Source: Chloroflexota bacterium
GTDB lineage: Bacteria; Chloroflexota; UBA11872; VXOZ01
Assembly (NCBI GenBank): GCA_963662335.2
Contig: CAXXVD010000002.1
Span: forward strand, 480,001-544,000
DNA: 64,000 nt
Reading direction: 5' to 3'
Position 1 is the first letter of the stretch. Every line of letters starts with the position of its first letter. A program made the position numbers and the translations under genes. Under the pieces are notes generated by a model. The model searched no databases, was not told the origin of the DNA, and saw only the letters and a list, made by a program, of their open reading frames with translations. Below, in pieces: positions 19,512-29,104 of this stretch.

Positions 19512-19952
19512 ATGGAAGTCTACCGGCAGACGAGCGCGGACGAGCACGCGGCGCTCAGCCGCCGGTTCGCGCCTCAGGCGCAAGAAGAATTCGATAACGG
19601 CGATCCGCTGCAGGCTTCCGAGAAGGCCTGGGGCGCGGCGGCGCACGCGGTGAAGGCCGTGGCCGCGGCCCGCGGCTGGAACCACAACACGCACCGGCTG
19701 CTGTCCGACGTGGTAGACCAAGTGTCTCGAGATACGGGCAATCTTGCGTTGGGCGCGTGGTTCCGAGAGGCCAACTCCTTGCACCAGAACTTCTATGAGA
19801 ACTGGCAGCCGGACTTTTCGGTGCAAGAAGGCATCAAGGCGGTGAAGCGGTTTGTGGACCTGCTGGAAGACATTCGCAGCCGGCCCGCGCCGCCGTCGGT
19901 TGTAATCGACCCCAGGCAGTGGGATCGGCTTACGCGCGCGCCAGCGGAATAG
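19512..19952 (+). CDS. PaREP1-family (HEPN-like) protein
   Basis: GDPLQASEKAWGAAAHAVKAVA...GW...H...ANSLHQNFYE signature. Confidence 0.88.
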   Translation: MEVYRQTSADEHAALSRRFAPQAQEEFDNGDPLQASEKAWGAAAHAVKAVAAARGWNHNTHRLLSDVVDQVSRDTGNLALGAWFREANSLHQNFYENWQPDFSVQEGIKAVKRFVDLLEDIRSRPAPPSVVIDPRQWDRLTRAPAE

Positions 19953-20002
19953 CCTAGTTCGCGATAAAGGCGCGGGCGAGTCTGGGTGAAGGGGAAAGTG
20001 GG

Positions 20003-20060
20003 ATGGAGAAATACAGACACGCGCGGGTGGACGAGCACGCGGCCCTCAGCCGCCATCTAG
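20003..20060 (+). pseudogene. 5' fragment of a second PaREP1 paralog, truncated at the IS
   Basis: MEKYRHARVDEHAALSRHL versus MEVYRQTSADEHAALSRRF of the upstream gene. Confidence 0.75.
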
Positions 20061-20874
20061 GGTCTGTTTATACTAAGCGCAAAGCATCGACGATGATGGC
20101 AAAGACAATGAAGGCGGCGTAGATGCTGTCGAGTTTGTCGTAGCGGGTATAGATCTTGCGGAACCGTTTGAGCCTGCCGATGAAGCGTTCCACCTCGTTG
20201 CGTCTCTTGTATACCTCCTTGTTGTAGGCCCACGGCTCTCTGCGGTTCCGTTTCGGCGGCACGACCGGTTCATACCCCAGACGCCGTGCCAGCGCTCTGG
20301 TGGTCTCCCCTTCATAGGCGCGGTCCATCGCCAGATAGGGTGTGCCTGCCTGTGTGCCCACCGCGCGCAGCAACTTCTCCCCTTCCGGGGCGTCGTGCGC
20401 CTGCCCAGGCGAGAGGCAGAACTGTACCGGACTACGCTCGTCGACAACCAGCACGTGGCTCTTGGTGGTCACTCCCCCGCGCGAGCGGCCAATGGCCTGG
20501 GGTCCGTCTTTTCCGCGCCCCAGTGCCCTGTGGGTGCACCGTGACCGTGGTGCTGTCCAGGGCGGCCACGACCACCTCGGTGCGGAGCACTCCCTGCTCA
20601 CGCAAGGCCGCCAGCACACGATCCAACACCCCAGTCCGCGCCCAGCGGCTCAGCCGTGCGTAGATGGTGCTCCACTTGCCGTAGTGGGGCGGCAAGGCAC
20701 GCCACTTGCAGCCGTTCTCCGCCATGTAGAGCACGGCATTGAGCGCCTGCACGTTGGATACCCTGACGTTCCCGCGCGGCACCGGAAACAGATGTGCGAT
20801 ATGCTCGTACTGCGCTTGTGTGATTCCACAATGCCACTAGAATACCACAGTAATCTGCTTAGTTTAGACATGCC
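20061..20874 (-). mobile_element. IS5-family (IS427-like) insertion sequence with frameshifted transposase
   Basis: Flanked by CTAG (20057-60, 20875-78); imperfect IRs GGTCTGTTTATACTA / GGCATGTCTAAACTA (11/15); OrfA GCKWRALP..YGKWSTIY; OrfB GRSRGG, MDRAY, YKRRNEVERFIGRLKRFR. Confidence 0.92.
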
Positions 20875-20907
20875 CTAGTTTCGCGGCCCTTCGGCTGGCA
20901 CTCTGTA

Positions 20908-21564
20908 TCAAGACGAGAAGAACAGGCGCGCGCCGTGCCAGATGAAGTAGAACCCAAAGAGCGCCAGCAGGACGCCGAAGAGGTAGAGGGCCCAGCGGTA
21001 CACCCGGTCCGTGATGAAGCGCCGGCCGGTGGCAAAGACGATGGCGACGAGCGTGAACCAGGCGAAGTCACTGGCCACGTGGCCGATGGTGAACGCGGTG
21101 AGACCGAGCGCGCCGCGCGGCAACGCCAGCGTGGTAATCGTGGAAATGCCGACGGTGGCCCACCAGAACGACCAGTAGGGATTCGCCAGGCTGAGCACGG
21201 CGCCGCCGAGCATGGGGTTGCCCGCGTGGCGGCCGGAAATAGACTCGGTGAGCGTAGCGCCTTCCCGCCGCACGCCGCTGACGATCTTCCAGCCCATCCA
21301 CAGCATCACCAGGCCGCCAACCACGCCGATTGCGGCCAGCACCGGGTCCCATTGCAGGACGCGGGCGAGACCCAGCCACAAGAGCACGACCAGCGCGACT
21401 TCCAGCAGCCCGTGCCCCAGCGAGGCGAGCGGGCCGGCCAACACGCCGTGGCGGGCGCTCTGGCTCATGACGAAGATCGTTAGCGGCCCGGGCGACATCG
21501 CGCCGGAGAGGCCGATTGAGAATGAGGCGGCAAAGACGAGAAGGAACGATTCGAGGGCTGCCAT
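20908..21564 (-). CDS. LysE-family exporter
   Basis: SGAMSPGP, GHGLLE, ANPYWSFWW; multiple TM helices. Confidence 0.88.
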   Translation of the reverse strand: MAALESFLLVFAASFSIGLSGAMSPGPLTIFVMSQSARHGVLAGPLASLGHGLLEVALVVLLWLGLARVLQWDPVLAAIGVVGGLVMLWMGWKIVSGVRREGATLTESISGRHAGNPMLGGAVLSLANPYWSFWWATVGISTITTLALPRGALGLTAFTIGHVASDFAWFTLVAIVFATGRRFITDRVYRWALYLFGVLLALFGFYFIWHGARLFFSS

Positions 21565-21633
21565 TGGCGTTGGGGTTGGGATGTGTGGACGCGGGCTTGC
21601 CTTCTTTGTGGACCGTTAGCCGGAGACGCGGGC

Positions 21634-22389
21634 CTAGTCCATGATCATGCCGCCGTTGATCGCCAGCGTGTGGCCGGTAATGAAAGCGGAGGCGTCACTG
21701 ACAAGATAGAGCGCGCCGTAGGCGATTTCCTCCGGTTTGCCCAGGCGCGCCAGCGGCGTGCGGTCGAGCACTGTGCGCAGGCGGTCTGCCGGAATGCGGC
21801 TCATGCCGGTGTCGATCTGGCCGGGCGCGATGTTGTTGGCGCGGCCCCAGGGCGCCATCTGGCGTGCCAGCGCCTTGGTGAAGGCGATCATGCCGCCTTT
21901 GGAGGCGGCGTAGTGCACGCGGGCGCTCTGGCCGCCGTTCTGGCCGCTGATGCTCGCCATGTTGACGATGCTGCCCCGCCGCCGCCGCTCCATGTGCGGA
22001 AAGACGGCCTTGCTGCACAAGAAGGCGCTGCGCAGGTTGTTGCCGAGCAGGTCGTCCCAATCCGCGGCGGAGGTCTCGCCCATGGCGCCGTGCCGGCCGG
22101 ATTCGCCGGCGTTGTTCACCAGCGCGTCCACCGCGCCAAACGCCGCCAACGCGCGCTCCACCAGCATCTCGGCGTCTTCCGGCACGTTCACGTCGGCGCG
22201 CACGGCCAGCGCCGTGCCGCCGGCGCTGGCGATTTCCTGCGCCAACGCGGCGATGGCGCTCTCGGTGCGCGCCGCGGCTACCACGTTCGCGCCCGCCGCC
22301 GCGAGCACATCCGCCGTGGTGCGCCCAATACCCCGGCTCGCGCCGGTGACGATGACGGTGCGGCCCGTGAGGTCGAATGCGTCGAGCAT
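21634..22389 (-). CDS. Short-chain dehydrogenase/reductase (FabG-like)
   Basis: TGASRGIG, NNAG, YAASK, NIAPG.IDT. Confidence 0.93.
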   Translation of the reverse strand: MLDAFDLTGRTVIVTGASRGIGRTTADVLAAAGANVVAAARTESAIAALAQEIASAGGTALAVRADVNVPEDAEMLVERALAAFGAVDALVNNAGESGRHGAMGETSAADWDDLLGNNLRSAFLCSKAVFPHMERRRRGSIVNMASISGQNGGQSARVHYAASKGGMIAFTKALARQMAPWGRANNIAPGQIDTGMSRIPADRLRTVLDRTPLARLGKPEEIAYGALYLVSDASAFITGHTLAINGGMIMD

Positions 22390-22578
22390 GAAGAATGCCT
22401 CTCTTGCTGTGTCTTGGATTGCGCTGATCTTGCTAGGAGTTTCTCACAGAACAAACACGACCAGTCGCTGAACAGTGCCCGTAGTCGAGAAGCGCGTAGA
22501 CTACCGTCCGCATTGTGCAGGGAGATTGCGCATGACCCCCAAGTGTCTAGCACTCGAAATTAAGGCTACGGCCCGCTT

Positions 22579-22926
22579 CTATGGTTCAACGATCACTCGC
22601 TGCCCGTGGTCGAGTGTGATCTTGAATTGGTCGGCTACTGCGCGGCCAAGTATTGGCTCGTTGCCTAGAGCTATCACTATCGTGGTCACGGGTGGTAGCG
22701 AGCCAACTTGCACGGTTGCAAGATATGCGGGAGCGTCCACCCGGGAACCATCGGCCAATTCAAAGGCGATGCTCCACTTGAGGGATCGCCCGTAGGCAAC
22801 GGTGCTTGCGGATACCGCCAAACCGGCATCGCACCCAGTGTCGAGGAGAGCTTCCAACTCGGTCTTGCGGCCCTGAAGTGAGAGACTAACAGGGAGGTAG
22901 GGATAGCGATCGCTTTCGACACGCAC
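22579..22926 (-). CDS. Clan AA (retropepsin-like) aspartic protease
   Basis: ALLDTG catalytic motif, LADG flap, ILGR motif; 115 aa. Confidence 0.85.
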   Translation of the reverse strand: MRVESDRYPYLPVSLSLQGRKTELEALLDTGCDAGLAVSASTVAYGRSLKWSIAFELADGSRVDAPAYLATVQVGSLPPVTTIVIALGNEPILGRAVADQFKITLDHGQRVIVEP

Positions 22927-22941
22927 GGCTGTAGCGCCTCG

Positions 22942-23196
22942 TCATCTCCACTTCATGGCACAGCGGTCGGCGGTGAGCCTGAACACGAAACTGCCCGGGC
23001 CAAGCTGTTTCAATGACTCGTCGAGGACTTGCTGCAGTGTAGGCGCAAGTACAACCTTCCCCTGAGTAGAGATCGCTATGAATTCGCCATGGTGTTTCGC
23101 TTCAAGCGGCTTGCCGTAGCGCTCATAGAGGTCTTCAGCCTGCTGGCTAAATCTATGTTTGGTGGATTTGCGCGTACTCTGGGCATCAACTGCCAT
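22942..23196 (-). CDS. Small hypothetical protein (DUF5678-like)
   Basis: LEAKHHGEFIAIS..GKVV pattern; GGGAG RBS; 15 bp upstream of the protease. Confidence 0.7.
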   Translation of the reverse strand: MAVDAQSTRKSTKHRFSQQAEDLYERYGKPLEAKHHGEFIAISTQGKVVLAPTLQQVLDESLKQLGPGSFVFRLTADRCAMKWR

Positions 23197-23351
23197 TGCG
23201 TCTATCTCCCTTTACTTCACCGGTGGCTGTGTCCCATTGCCACCGCACTGGTGTTGAAGTCGGTCGTGCACTCAGCGTGCTCGACGACACTGCTCAAACT
23301 GCTGCCGGGGCATAGCGGTATTCTATATCTCTTGCTCCGATTTGTCCCGCA

Positions 23352-24653
23352 TCAGGAGGCCGCGACCGCCGCGCCGTTGCGCGTCGCCTGGGTGAACATC
23401 CCCTGCGCGTCGAACGAAATCTCTTCCGGCTCGCTCACCGGGCGCACGCGCCCGGTGGCTTCCATCTGCGGCAGCAGCGGCTCCGAGACCCAGAGGTCTT
23501 CCAGGCGCTTGGTATCCTGGATGCGCATGATGCGCGCCGTCTCGTTCTCGGTCTGCAGGCAGCAGGCCAGCGCCACGTAGAGCGCCTCCCGGTCGTTGGC
23601 GACCGTGAGCGGAATGCGCGCGCCTTCCGGCCCCTTGGCGGTGATGGTGTTCATGTAAGTCTGCACCGGGTCCAGCTTATCCACGACCTGTTGCAGCACC
23701 ACGTCGCCCAGGCCGATGCCGCAGGCGTTGCCCTCCGTATCCTTGGTCAAGTCGCGCATGACGAGACGCTGGATGCGCGGCGGCTGGGGCAGCGGGCCGC
23801 TCCAGTAGCGGTTGACCACGTTGGTATCCGCGCCGATGCCGCTGATGTCCTTGCCGAACTGATCGACGATGAGCACGTCGATCTCCTCGCCGGGCAGGCG
23901 CGCCATGCGCTCGCGGGCGACCTTGAGCAACTCCTGCTCTTCTTCCAAAATGCGGTCGGCCGGCACGGCCTGGATTAGCGAGAGGCGGGAGTGGCCGTCC
24001 TCTACCAGCGCCAAGCCGAAGGGAATCGGCACGTTTTGCAGCGTAAACTGGCCCACCGCCGGAATGAGCGTGGGAAATTCGGCGAAACTGCGGCCATGGA
24101 ACGTGTCGGCCCCCTTTTGCTTGCCCAGGCCGATGGCGAGCAACTTCATCAGGCCGGATTCGATGTGCCCGTGAAAGTCGGTGTGGGGCTTGACGCGGTT
24201 GATGGGGATGGTTACGTCGGCCTCTTCATAGGCCGTCTTGTCGAACCAGACCGGCACGCCGCCTTCCACGTGGCCGAGCAGCACGGTCTCCATGCTGGAG
24301 CGGATGGGGCAGCCCATGGCTTCTTCGGTAACACCGTAGTGGGCGAGCAGTTCGACTTGGCCCTGCGCCGTCGCGCCGCCGTGGCTGCCCATGGCCGGCA
24401 CGATGAACGGCTCCGCGCCAAGCCGTTTGACCTCATGGGCCGCGGCTTTCAGCACCTGGTCGATGCGGTCGATGCCGCGGCTGCCGCCGGTGAGCGCCAC
24501 GCGCTGCCCGGCCTGGATTGTCTGGCCGATTTCGGGACGGGCGAATTCCTGGGCGACGGCGGCCGCCACGTCTTCGATGGTGGCGGTGAAGAGACTCTGC
24601 CGCACCCGCACCCAACGCGGGAGCTTGCCCCGCTCGAATATATCCAGAGACAT
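23352..24653 (-). CDS. Lactate racemase-domain (LarA-N/DUF362-like) protein
   Basis: GSRGI, VPAMGSHGGAT, NRVKPHT, ESGLMK..IGLGK..GA, GKDISG. Confidence 0.8.
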   Translation of the reverse strand: MSLDIFERGKLPRWVRVRQSLFTATIEDVAAAVAQEFARPEIGQTIQAGQRVALTGGSRGIDRIDQVLKAAAHEVKRLGAEPFIVPAMGSHGGATAQGQVELLAHYGVTEEAMGCPIRSSMETVLLGHVEGGVPVWFDKTAYEEADVTIPINRVKPHTDFHGHIESGLMKLLAIGLGKQKGADTFHGRSFAEFPTLIPAVGQFTLQNVPIPFGLALVEDGHSRLSLIQAVPADRILEEEQELLKVARERMARLPGEEIDVLIVDQFGKDISGIGADTNVVNRYWSGPLPQPPRIQRLVMRDLTKDTEGNACGIGLGDVVLQQVVDKLDPVQTYMNTITAKGPEGARIPLTVANDREALYVALACCLQTENETARIMRIQDTKRLEDLWVSEPLLPQMEATGRVRPVSEPEEISFDAQGMFTQATRNGAAVAAS

Positions 24654-24837
24654 GGTTCTGCTCTCCTTTGCGTTGCGGCGCTGCGCGGCAATCTTGACAA
24701 GCGCCGGCGCGCACGGCTCGTTTCAGCCTCAACTTCTCCTGGTTAATGTACCACTGCCCCGCGCATGCTGTCTGCTTCCTGGCGTTATGCCGCTGCTGAA
24801 CCACGAGTGGGTGGCCCTCGGTGTGTCCTTGCGGCGG

Positions 24838-26553
24838 TCACTCGGCGGGCGGCGGCGTTTCTTCAGCGGATTCTTCAAACGTAATGTCGCCGTGGAAGAG
24901 CCGCTGCGCCGCGCGCACCACCGGGTCCTGGGCGGGGTCTTTGGCGTTGAGGTTCGTGGACGGCGGCTTCTGCGCCAGGGTGCATTCGATGGCGTAGTGG
25001 CGGCCCAGGGTTTGCGCCACGGCTTTTTCCACCAGGATGAGATTGTCCGGCTGGCGCACCTTGTCGCGGTGCCAGGCGTGGGCGAACTCCAGCGTGAGCG
25101 CGCGGTCGTGCACGGCGACCGGCGTGCAATCGCGCAGCACGCCGCGCAGATGGACGTTGGGACGGCGGAAGGAGTCGACCACCGCGTCCCAACGCTGCTG
25201 GATCTCCGCCAGCGGTGTGTCCGCCGCGGCTGGGGGCGCGTCCGCCGGAGAATCCGCAGCTTGCGTTGGTGCGGCCGGGGCGTCGGCGGTAGGATTCGGT
25301 GGCTGCGCGGCGCCGGGACCGGCTGGCGGCGAATCCCCGGCAGGAGCCGCGCTTGGCGAAGGGGCTGCGCTCGCGCCGGCGCCTTGGGCCGCAGGGGCGG
25401 TCGCTGCGCGCGGGGCGCTTGCTGCCGGTGCGGCGGCAGGCGCTGTCGTCGGCGCGGTCGCAACCTCTTCCGCGGCGCAAAACTCCACCAAGGCCAGTTC
25501 CACCGGCAATTGCGGAAAGACCCCCAGCCGCAGCGCCTGTTCGGCTTCCGAGAAGAGCCGGATCGCCTTCACGATCTCGGCCAGCGAGATGCGCCCGGCC
25601 AGGCCGTCCATCAGCGCGGCCTCTTCCTCGCTCATTTCCAGCAAGGCGGCGGCCTCCATGCCGCTCTTGTGGAGCAACGTGCCGCGCAGGTAGCGGATCG
25701 TCTCCCGGGCGAACTGGCGCATGTCCAGCCCCTGGTCGGCGGCCTGTGAGAGGACGCGCAGGCCCTCGCCGGTGTCGCGCCGCGCCAGGGTATTGACGAA
25801 CTCGGCTACAACCGCCGTGTGGGCCAGGCCGAGCATCTCGCGCACCGCGGCCGCGGTCACGCCGCTTTCGGCGTAGATGGTGGCCTGGTCGAAGAGGCTC
25901 ACCGCGTCGCGGGCGCTGCCGCCGGCCATGCGCGCCAGGATGTTCAGCGCCTCCGGTTCGGCGCTCACCTTCTCCGCGTCGGCAATTTCCTGCAAGCGCC
26001 CCACCAGCGCCGTGACGGGAATGCGGCGGAAGTCGAACCGCTGGCAGCGCGACAAGATGGTGGGCAAGACGCGGTGGATTTCCGTGGTCGCCAACACGAA
26101 GACGGCGTGTTCCGGCGGCTCTTCCAGGGTTTTCAGCAGGGCGTTGGAGGCTTCCGGCGTGAGCTGGTGCACCTCGTCGATCAAGTAGAATTTGTAGCGG
26201 CCGTTAACAGGGGCAAAATTGACCCGCTCGCGCAGGTCGCGAATGTCCTCGATGCCGCGGTTGGAGGCGGCGTCCAGTTCCACCAGGTCCAGGAAGCGCC
26301 CGGCCACCACGTCCGCGCAGGCGTCGCACTTGCCGCACGGTTCCGGCTGGACGCCTTGCAGACAGTTAAGCGCCTTGGCCAGGATGCGCGCCAACGAGGT
26401 CTTGCCCGAGCCGCGCGGCCCGGCAAAGATGTAGGCGTGCGCCACCTGCCCCGACGCCAGCGAGTTCTGCAGCGTGCGCACCGTCGGCTCCTGGCCGACC
26501 ACGTCCGCAAACGTCTGCGGCCGCCACTTGTTGTACAACACGACCCGCGACAC
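24838..26553 (-). CDS. dnaX: DNA polymerase III subunit gamma/tau
   Basis: KWRPQTF, GPRGSGKT, Zn-binding Cys cluster, DAASNRG, IDEVH, SRC, Ala/Pro-rich linker. Confidence 0.97.
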   Translation of the reverse strand: MSRVVLYNKWRPQTFADVVGQEPTVRTLQNSLASGQVAHAYIFAGPRGSGKTSLARILAKALNCLQGVQPEPCGKCDACADVVAGRFLDLVELDAASNRGIEDIRDLRERVNFAPVNGRYKFYLIDEVHQLTPEASNALLKTLEEPPEHAVFVLATTEIHRVLPTILSRCQRFDFRRIPVTALVGRLQEIADAEKVSAEPEALNILARMAGGSARDAVSLFDQATIYAESGVTAAAVREMLGLAHTAVVAEFVNTLARRDTGEGLRVLSQAADQGLDMRQFARETIRYLRGTLLHKSGMEAAALLEMSEEEAALMDGLAGRISLAEIVKAIRLFSEAEQALRLGVFPQLPVELALVEFCAAEEVATAPTTAPAAAPAASAPRAATAPAAQGAGASAAPSPSAAPAGDSPPAGPGAAQPPNPTADAPAAPTQAADSPADAPPAAADTPLAEIQQRWDAVVDSFRRPNVHLRGVLRDCTPVAVHDRALTLEFAHAWHRDKVRQPDNLILVEKAVAQTLGRHYAIECTLAQKPPSTNLNAKDPAQDPVVRAAQRLFHGDITFEESAEETPPPAE

Positions 26554-26676
26554 TGGTAGGGCATCTCCTGGTTTGCGCTAACGCCCGCCGTCTGTCAGCA
26601 GGCGCACGCGGTTGCGGCAAGCGACCGTCACGTCCGGTCAACCGAGACTGCACGCACTCGCTGTGTTGAATTGTAC

Positions 26677-26870
26677 GTCATTCCGAGCGCAGCGAGGAAT
26701 CTGGAGCTTACGATAGCAGGGCTTGATAGTGGTGCGGCAATCAAGAGGCTGCGGGCGGGACAGTGCGTATTTTGGCGCTGCTGGCAATCGGCAACCGGCG
26801 CTGCTGGCGCTGCGGATGAGGAGAATGGTAAGAGCCCCAGAGTCCGTCATTCCCGCGCACGCGGGAATCC
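26677..26870. repeat. Two isolated REP palindromes
   Basis: GTCATTCCGAGCGCAGCGAGGAATCT (26677) and GTCATTCCCGCGCACGCGGGAATCC (26846). Confidence 0.8.
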
Positions 26871-27041
26871 ATCTGCGCCTCTTTCAGGACAGAGTGACGA
26901 GCGAAGAGCCAACCGCCGGTATTCGCACAAGCGAGCTAAGACGGATCAGCCCGGAGCACGGGCAAGAACGGCGCGCCGGAAACCGCCTGGAACGTCCAGA
27001 TGACGTAGGAACCCGGCAATCCGTGGCAAGGAAAGCGCAAA

Positions 27042-27316
27042 GAGGCCGCGCCTTTCCATCGATTCCGCCCCCTGAAGCGCCCACGCGGCGCTAGCTCCGG
27101 CCAAGCTTCCTTGCGGCACCCGAAAGTAACCGCTTACCGCTGCTTCCTTCCGGACCTGACGGGGTTCACGGCCTCTCGCCGCGCAAGACCCAGCCATCAA
27201 CGCCGCAGACCACGCGGCAGCCTCCAGGACGCGCAAACCTCACGGAAAGCTGTCAACCCCGCTATAGCGGATTGCGGGTAACAGGGCACCGCTAACTCCC
27301 CGCCTAGCACGGCCTC
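27042..27316 (-). ncRNA. ffs: Signal recognition particle RNA, large (Alu-domain) bacterial type
   Basis: Minus strand has CCGTCAGGTCCGGAAGGAAGCAGCGG (domain IV), the 5' Alu part GGGGAGTTAGCGGTGCCCTGT..CCCGCAATCCGC, and a 5'/3' closing helix; lies upstream of dnaX. Confidence 0.95.
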
Positions 27317-27323
27317 GGGTTTA

Positions 27324-27353
27324 ATGCTACGCAAACTCAAGCCACAGCGTCAA
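27324..27353 (-). promoter_or_regulatory. Sigma70-type promoter of ffs
   Basis: TTGACG-18-TAGCAT just upstream of the RNA 5' end. Confidence 0.6.
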
Positions 27354-27464
27354 GCGCTGCCGGTTGAAGTTGGTGGGATCAAGCAATGGAGAAAATCGAC
27401 GAGACGCGATGGCGGTGGAATTACAAGTCGTAGGCTTTACTTTTCTATTGCCACTCTGGTCTCC

Positions 27465-27791
27465 CCACGTCTGACTGCGTCGTACATCAGTGCTTTCCAG
27501 AATCACAACATTGATCCGCGCGCAATCCTCATGATGGACTATTCCACCGGCTTCAACGGAGTTCTTGACCAAGTGCTGCACCTGCGCGTCAACCATAGCG
27601 AGCGCTATGCAGATAGCGCGATTCGCGCCAGCACCATTGAGAGATTATGGTCATTGGTGAAGCGTGCGATTGCCGGCCGCCACTACACGGTAGAGCACAC
27701 TGCGTCCTACATTGATGAGGTGGCGTACAAGTACAGTATTGGGAAGTCTGAAACGCCCTGGGACGACTTCATGCAGAGGGGTGTGGCTTAG
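27465..27791 (+). pseudogene. IS1595-family (ISXO2-like) transposase C-terminal remnant
   Basis: LMMD..H..VNHS..Y....STIERLWSLVKR...Y.DE..YKY; zinc ribbon and first catalytic Asp missing. Confidence 0.78.
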
Positions 27792-28071
27792 TATCTTGGT
27801 TCTTGCGACTGTTTTCGAGCTCTTCAATGCGCTTCTCAAGGGCCTGTATCAGGTGAAGGCAATCGCGCAATACTTCGGCTGCGGCGAGATTGAGAAAAGG
27901 CACAAAGGTGACTCTGCTATCAACGTACTTTTCGGGTAGATACTCTTTCAGACTCCAGTGCACGTCCTTATTGGGCATCTCGTCGTCTGGCACGGGCCAC
28001 ATCCACGACCATTTTTGATAGGTTGCAATCAACTCCTCCGCTCTTTCCGATACGGTTTTCTCAGTTGCCAT
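27769..28071 (-). CDS. Hypothetical protein in AT-rich island
   Basis: ORF with AAGGA RBS and C-terminal coiled coil. Confidence 0.5.
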   Translation of the reverse strand: MATEKTVSERAEELIATYQKWSWMWPVPDDEMPNKDVHWSLKEYLPEKYVDSRVTFVPFLNLAAAEVLRDCLHLIQALEKRIEELENSRKNQDTKPHPSA

Positions 28072-28073
28072 TC

Positions 28074-28274
28074 TCAATCCTTTCGCCAGGTAAGGGAATG
28101 ATTCAGGGTAGTAATCCTATGGTCGAGTATCCCCGTAAGCTGCATGTACTCAGTGAGGCTTTGCCTCCTTGTAGTGCGTTCCGGTGTTCTGCGTGCGGTC
28201 TGTTTGCGCAAGTGAGCGACTTCAAGCCTCAGTCGCTCTTTCTCTTCGTCTAAATCGTCCACCTCTTCGCACAA
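28074..28274 (-). CDS. Small hypothetical protein (start uncertain)
   Basis: Open frame extends up to an AAGGAG RBS near 28335 but has no clean start codon. Confidence 0.35.
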   Translation of the reverse strand: MCEEVDDLDEEKERLRLEVAHLRKQTARRTPERTTRRQSLTEYMQLTGILDHRITTLNHSLTWRKD

Positions 28275-28469
28275 CCAGCTTGAGGCATCATCGTTGACGC
28301 CATCGCTGAACTCGTGTAACGTAAGTCTAACTCCTTTGCAAGTATTATGAGTCGAAGCGGGCTGGTGTCAGCGCACCAGTCCGATTTGCCTAATCCTATT
28401 GATGTTGCGATCGACTGTCGATTCTATGGGAATAACGTACTTGACTTGAATCTGGCGTTCAATGTCGAG

Positions 28470-28697
28470 TTACGACTCTCCGTACGGTCCTAGAAACGAC
28501 TCAATCTCCTCGTGGTCACACTCCAAAAATGCAAGCCATGTCCGGACATAGAGGTCAGCCAAGAACTCCCCTCTAGGTATTGGCACGTAGATTGTGCTTC
28601 CGCTTTTGCGCCACACGTCTGTGCGGTCATTTGAAGTCACAAAATAGCAGCCTAAGTCCTTGATTTTATTGATGAAGTGCTGCCGACGTATACGCAT
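28470..28697 (-). CDS. HicA-like toxin (dsRBD-like fold)
   Basis: 75 aa, FINKIKDLG.YFV.....W......VPIP pattern; overlaps the hicB-like stop; canonical GSH His not seen. Confidence 0.55.
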   Translation of the reverse strand: MRIRRQHFINKIKDLGCYFVTSNDRTDVWRKSGSTIYVPIPRGEFLADLYVRTWLAFLECDHEEIESFLGPYGES

Positions 28698-28983
28698 GGT
28701 TGTCTACCTGTTGTGCAATAAAGGGCATATCGATCGGTGTGCCTACTTCCAGTCCTGGCGGCTTTGTCCATCCGCGATCAGAAAAGAACTCGTCAATCTC
28801 TCCCTCAATGAGCAGGCTCAGGAAAAGCAGGCTCATTGCATCCCCAATGTTCTGCATTAGTTGCGACCAAGTCTCGCCCTGGGTTGCCATGGTCAAGCCT
28901 TCGCAGAACGCCACATAGTAGCCGGACTCAGTATCTGTAACAAGCCACTCCACTGATGCGTCTATAGTCACCTTGTCGATCAC
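28666..28983 (-). CDS. HicB-like antitoxin
   Basis: YVAFCEGL...TQGETWSQLMQNIGDAMSL motif; GTG start after GAGGAG. Confidence 0.7.
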   Translation of the reverse strand: MIDKVTIDASVEWLVTDTESGYYVAFCEGLTMATQGETWSQLMQNIGDAMSLLFLSLLIEGEIDEFFSDRGWTKPPGLEVGTPIDMPFIAQQVDNHAYTSAALHQ

Positions 28984-29104
28984 GGCATTTTCTCCTCTAG
29001 GGTTGCCTTGATCTGAACACAGTAGCAGACTTGCGTCACGCGAAAGTCCGCTACTTCTGGTTCCACAAGTTACCGCACAAAATTGTGCAAATGAACCTAG
29101 ACCC

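Noticed and set aside
24838-26553. dnaX programmed frameshift producing gamma
   Set aside because: No A6G or long homopolymer run with an adjacent stop at the expected position
27324-27464. N-terminal part of the 155-aa ORF as a full transposase
   Set aside because: It overlaps the ffs promoter and has no transposase similarity; only the C-terminal part is IS1595-like
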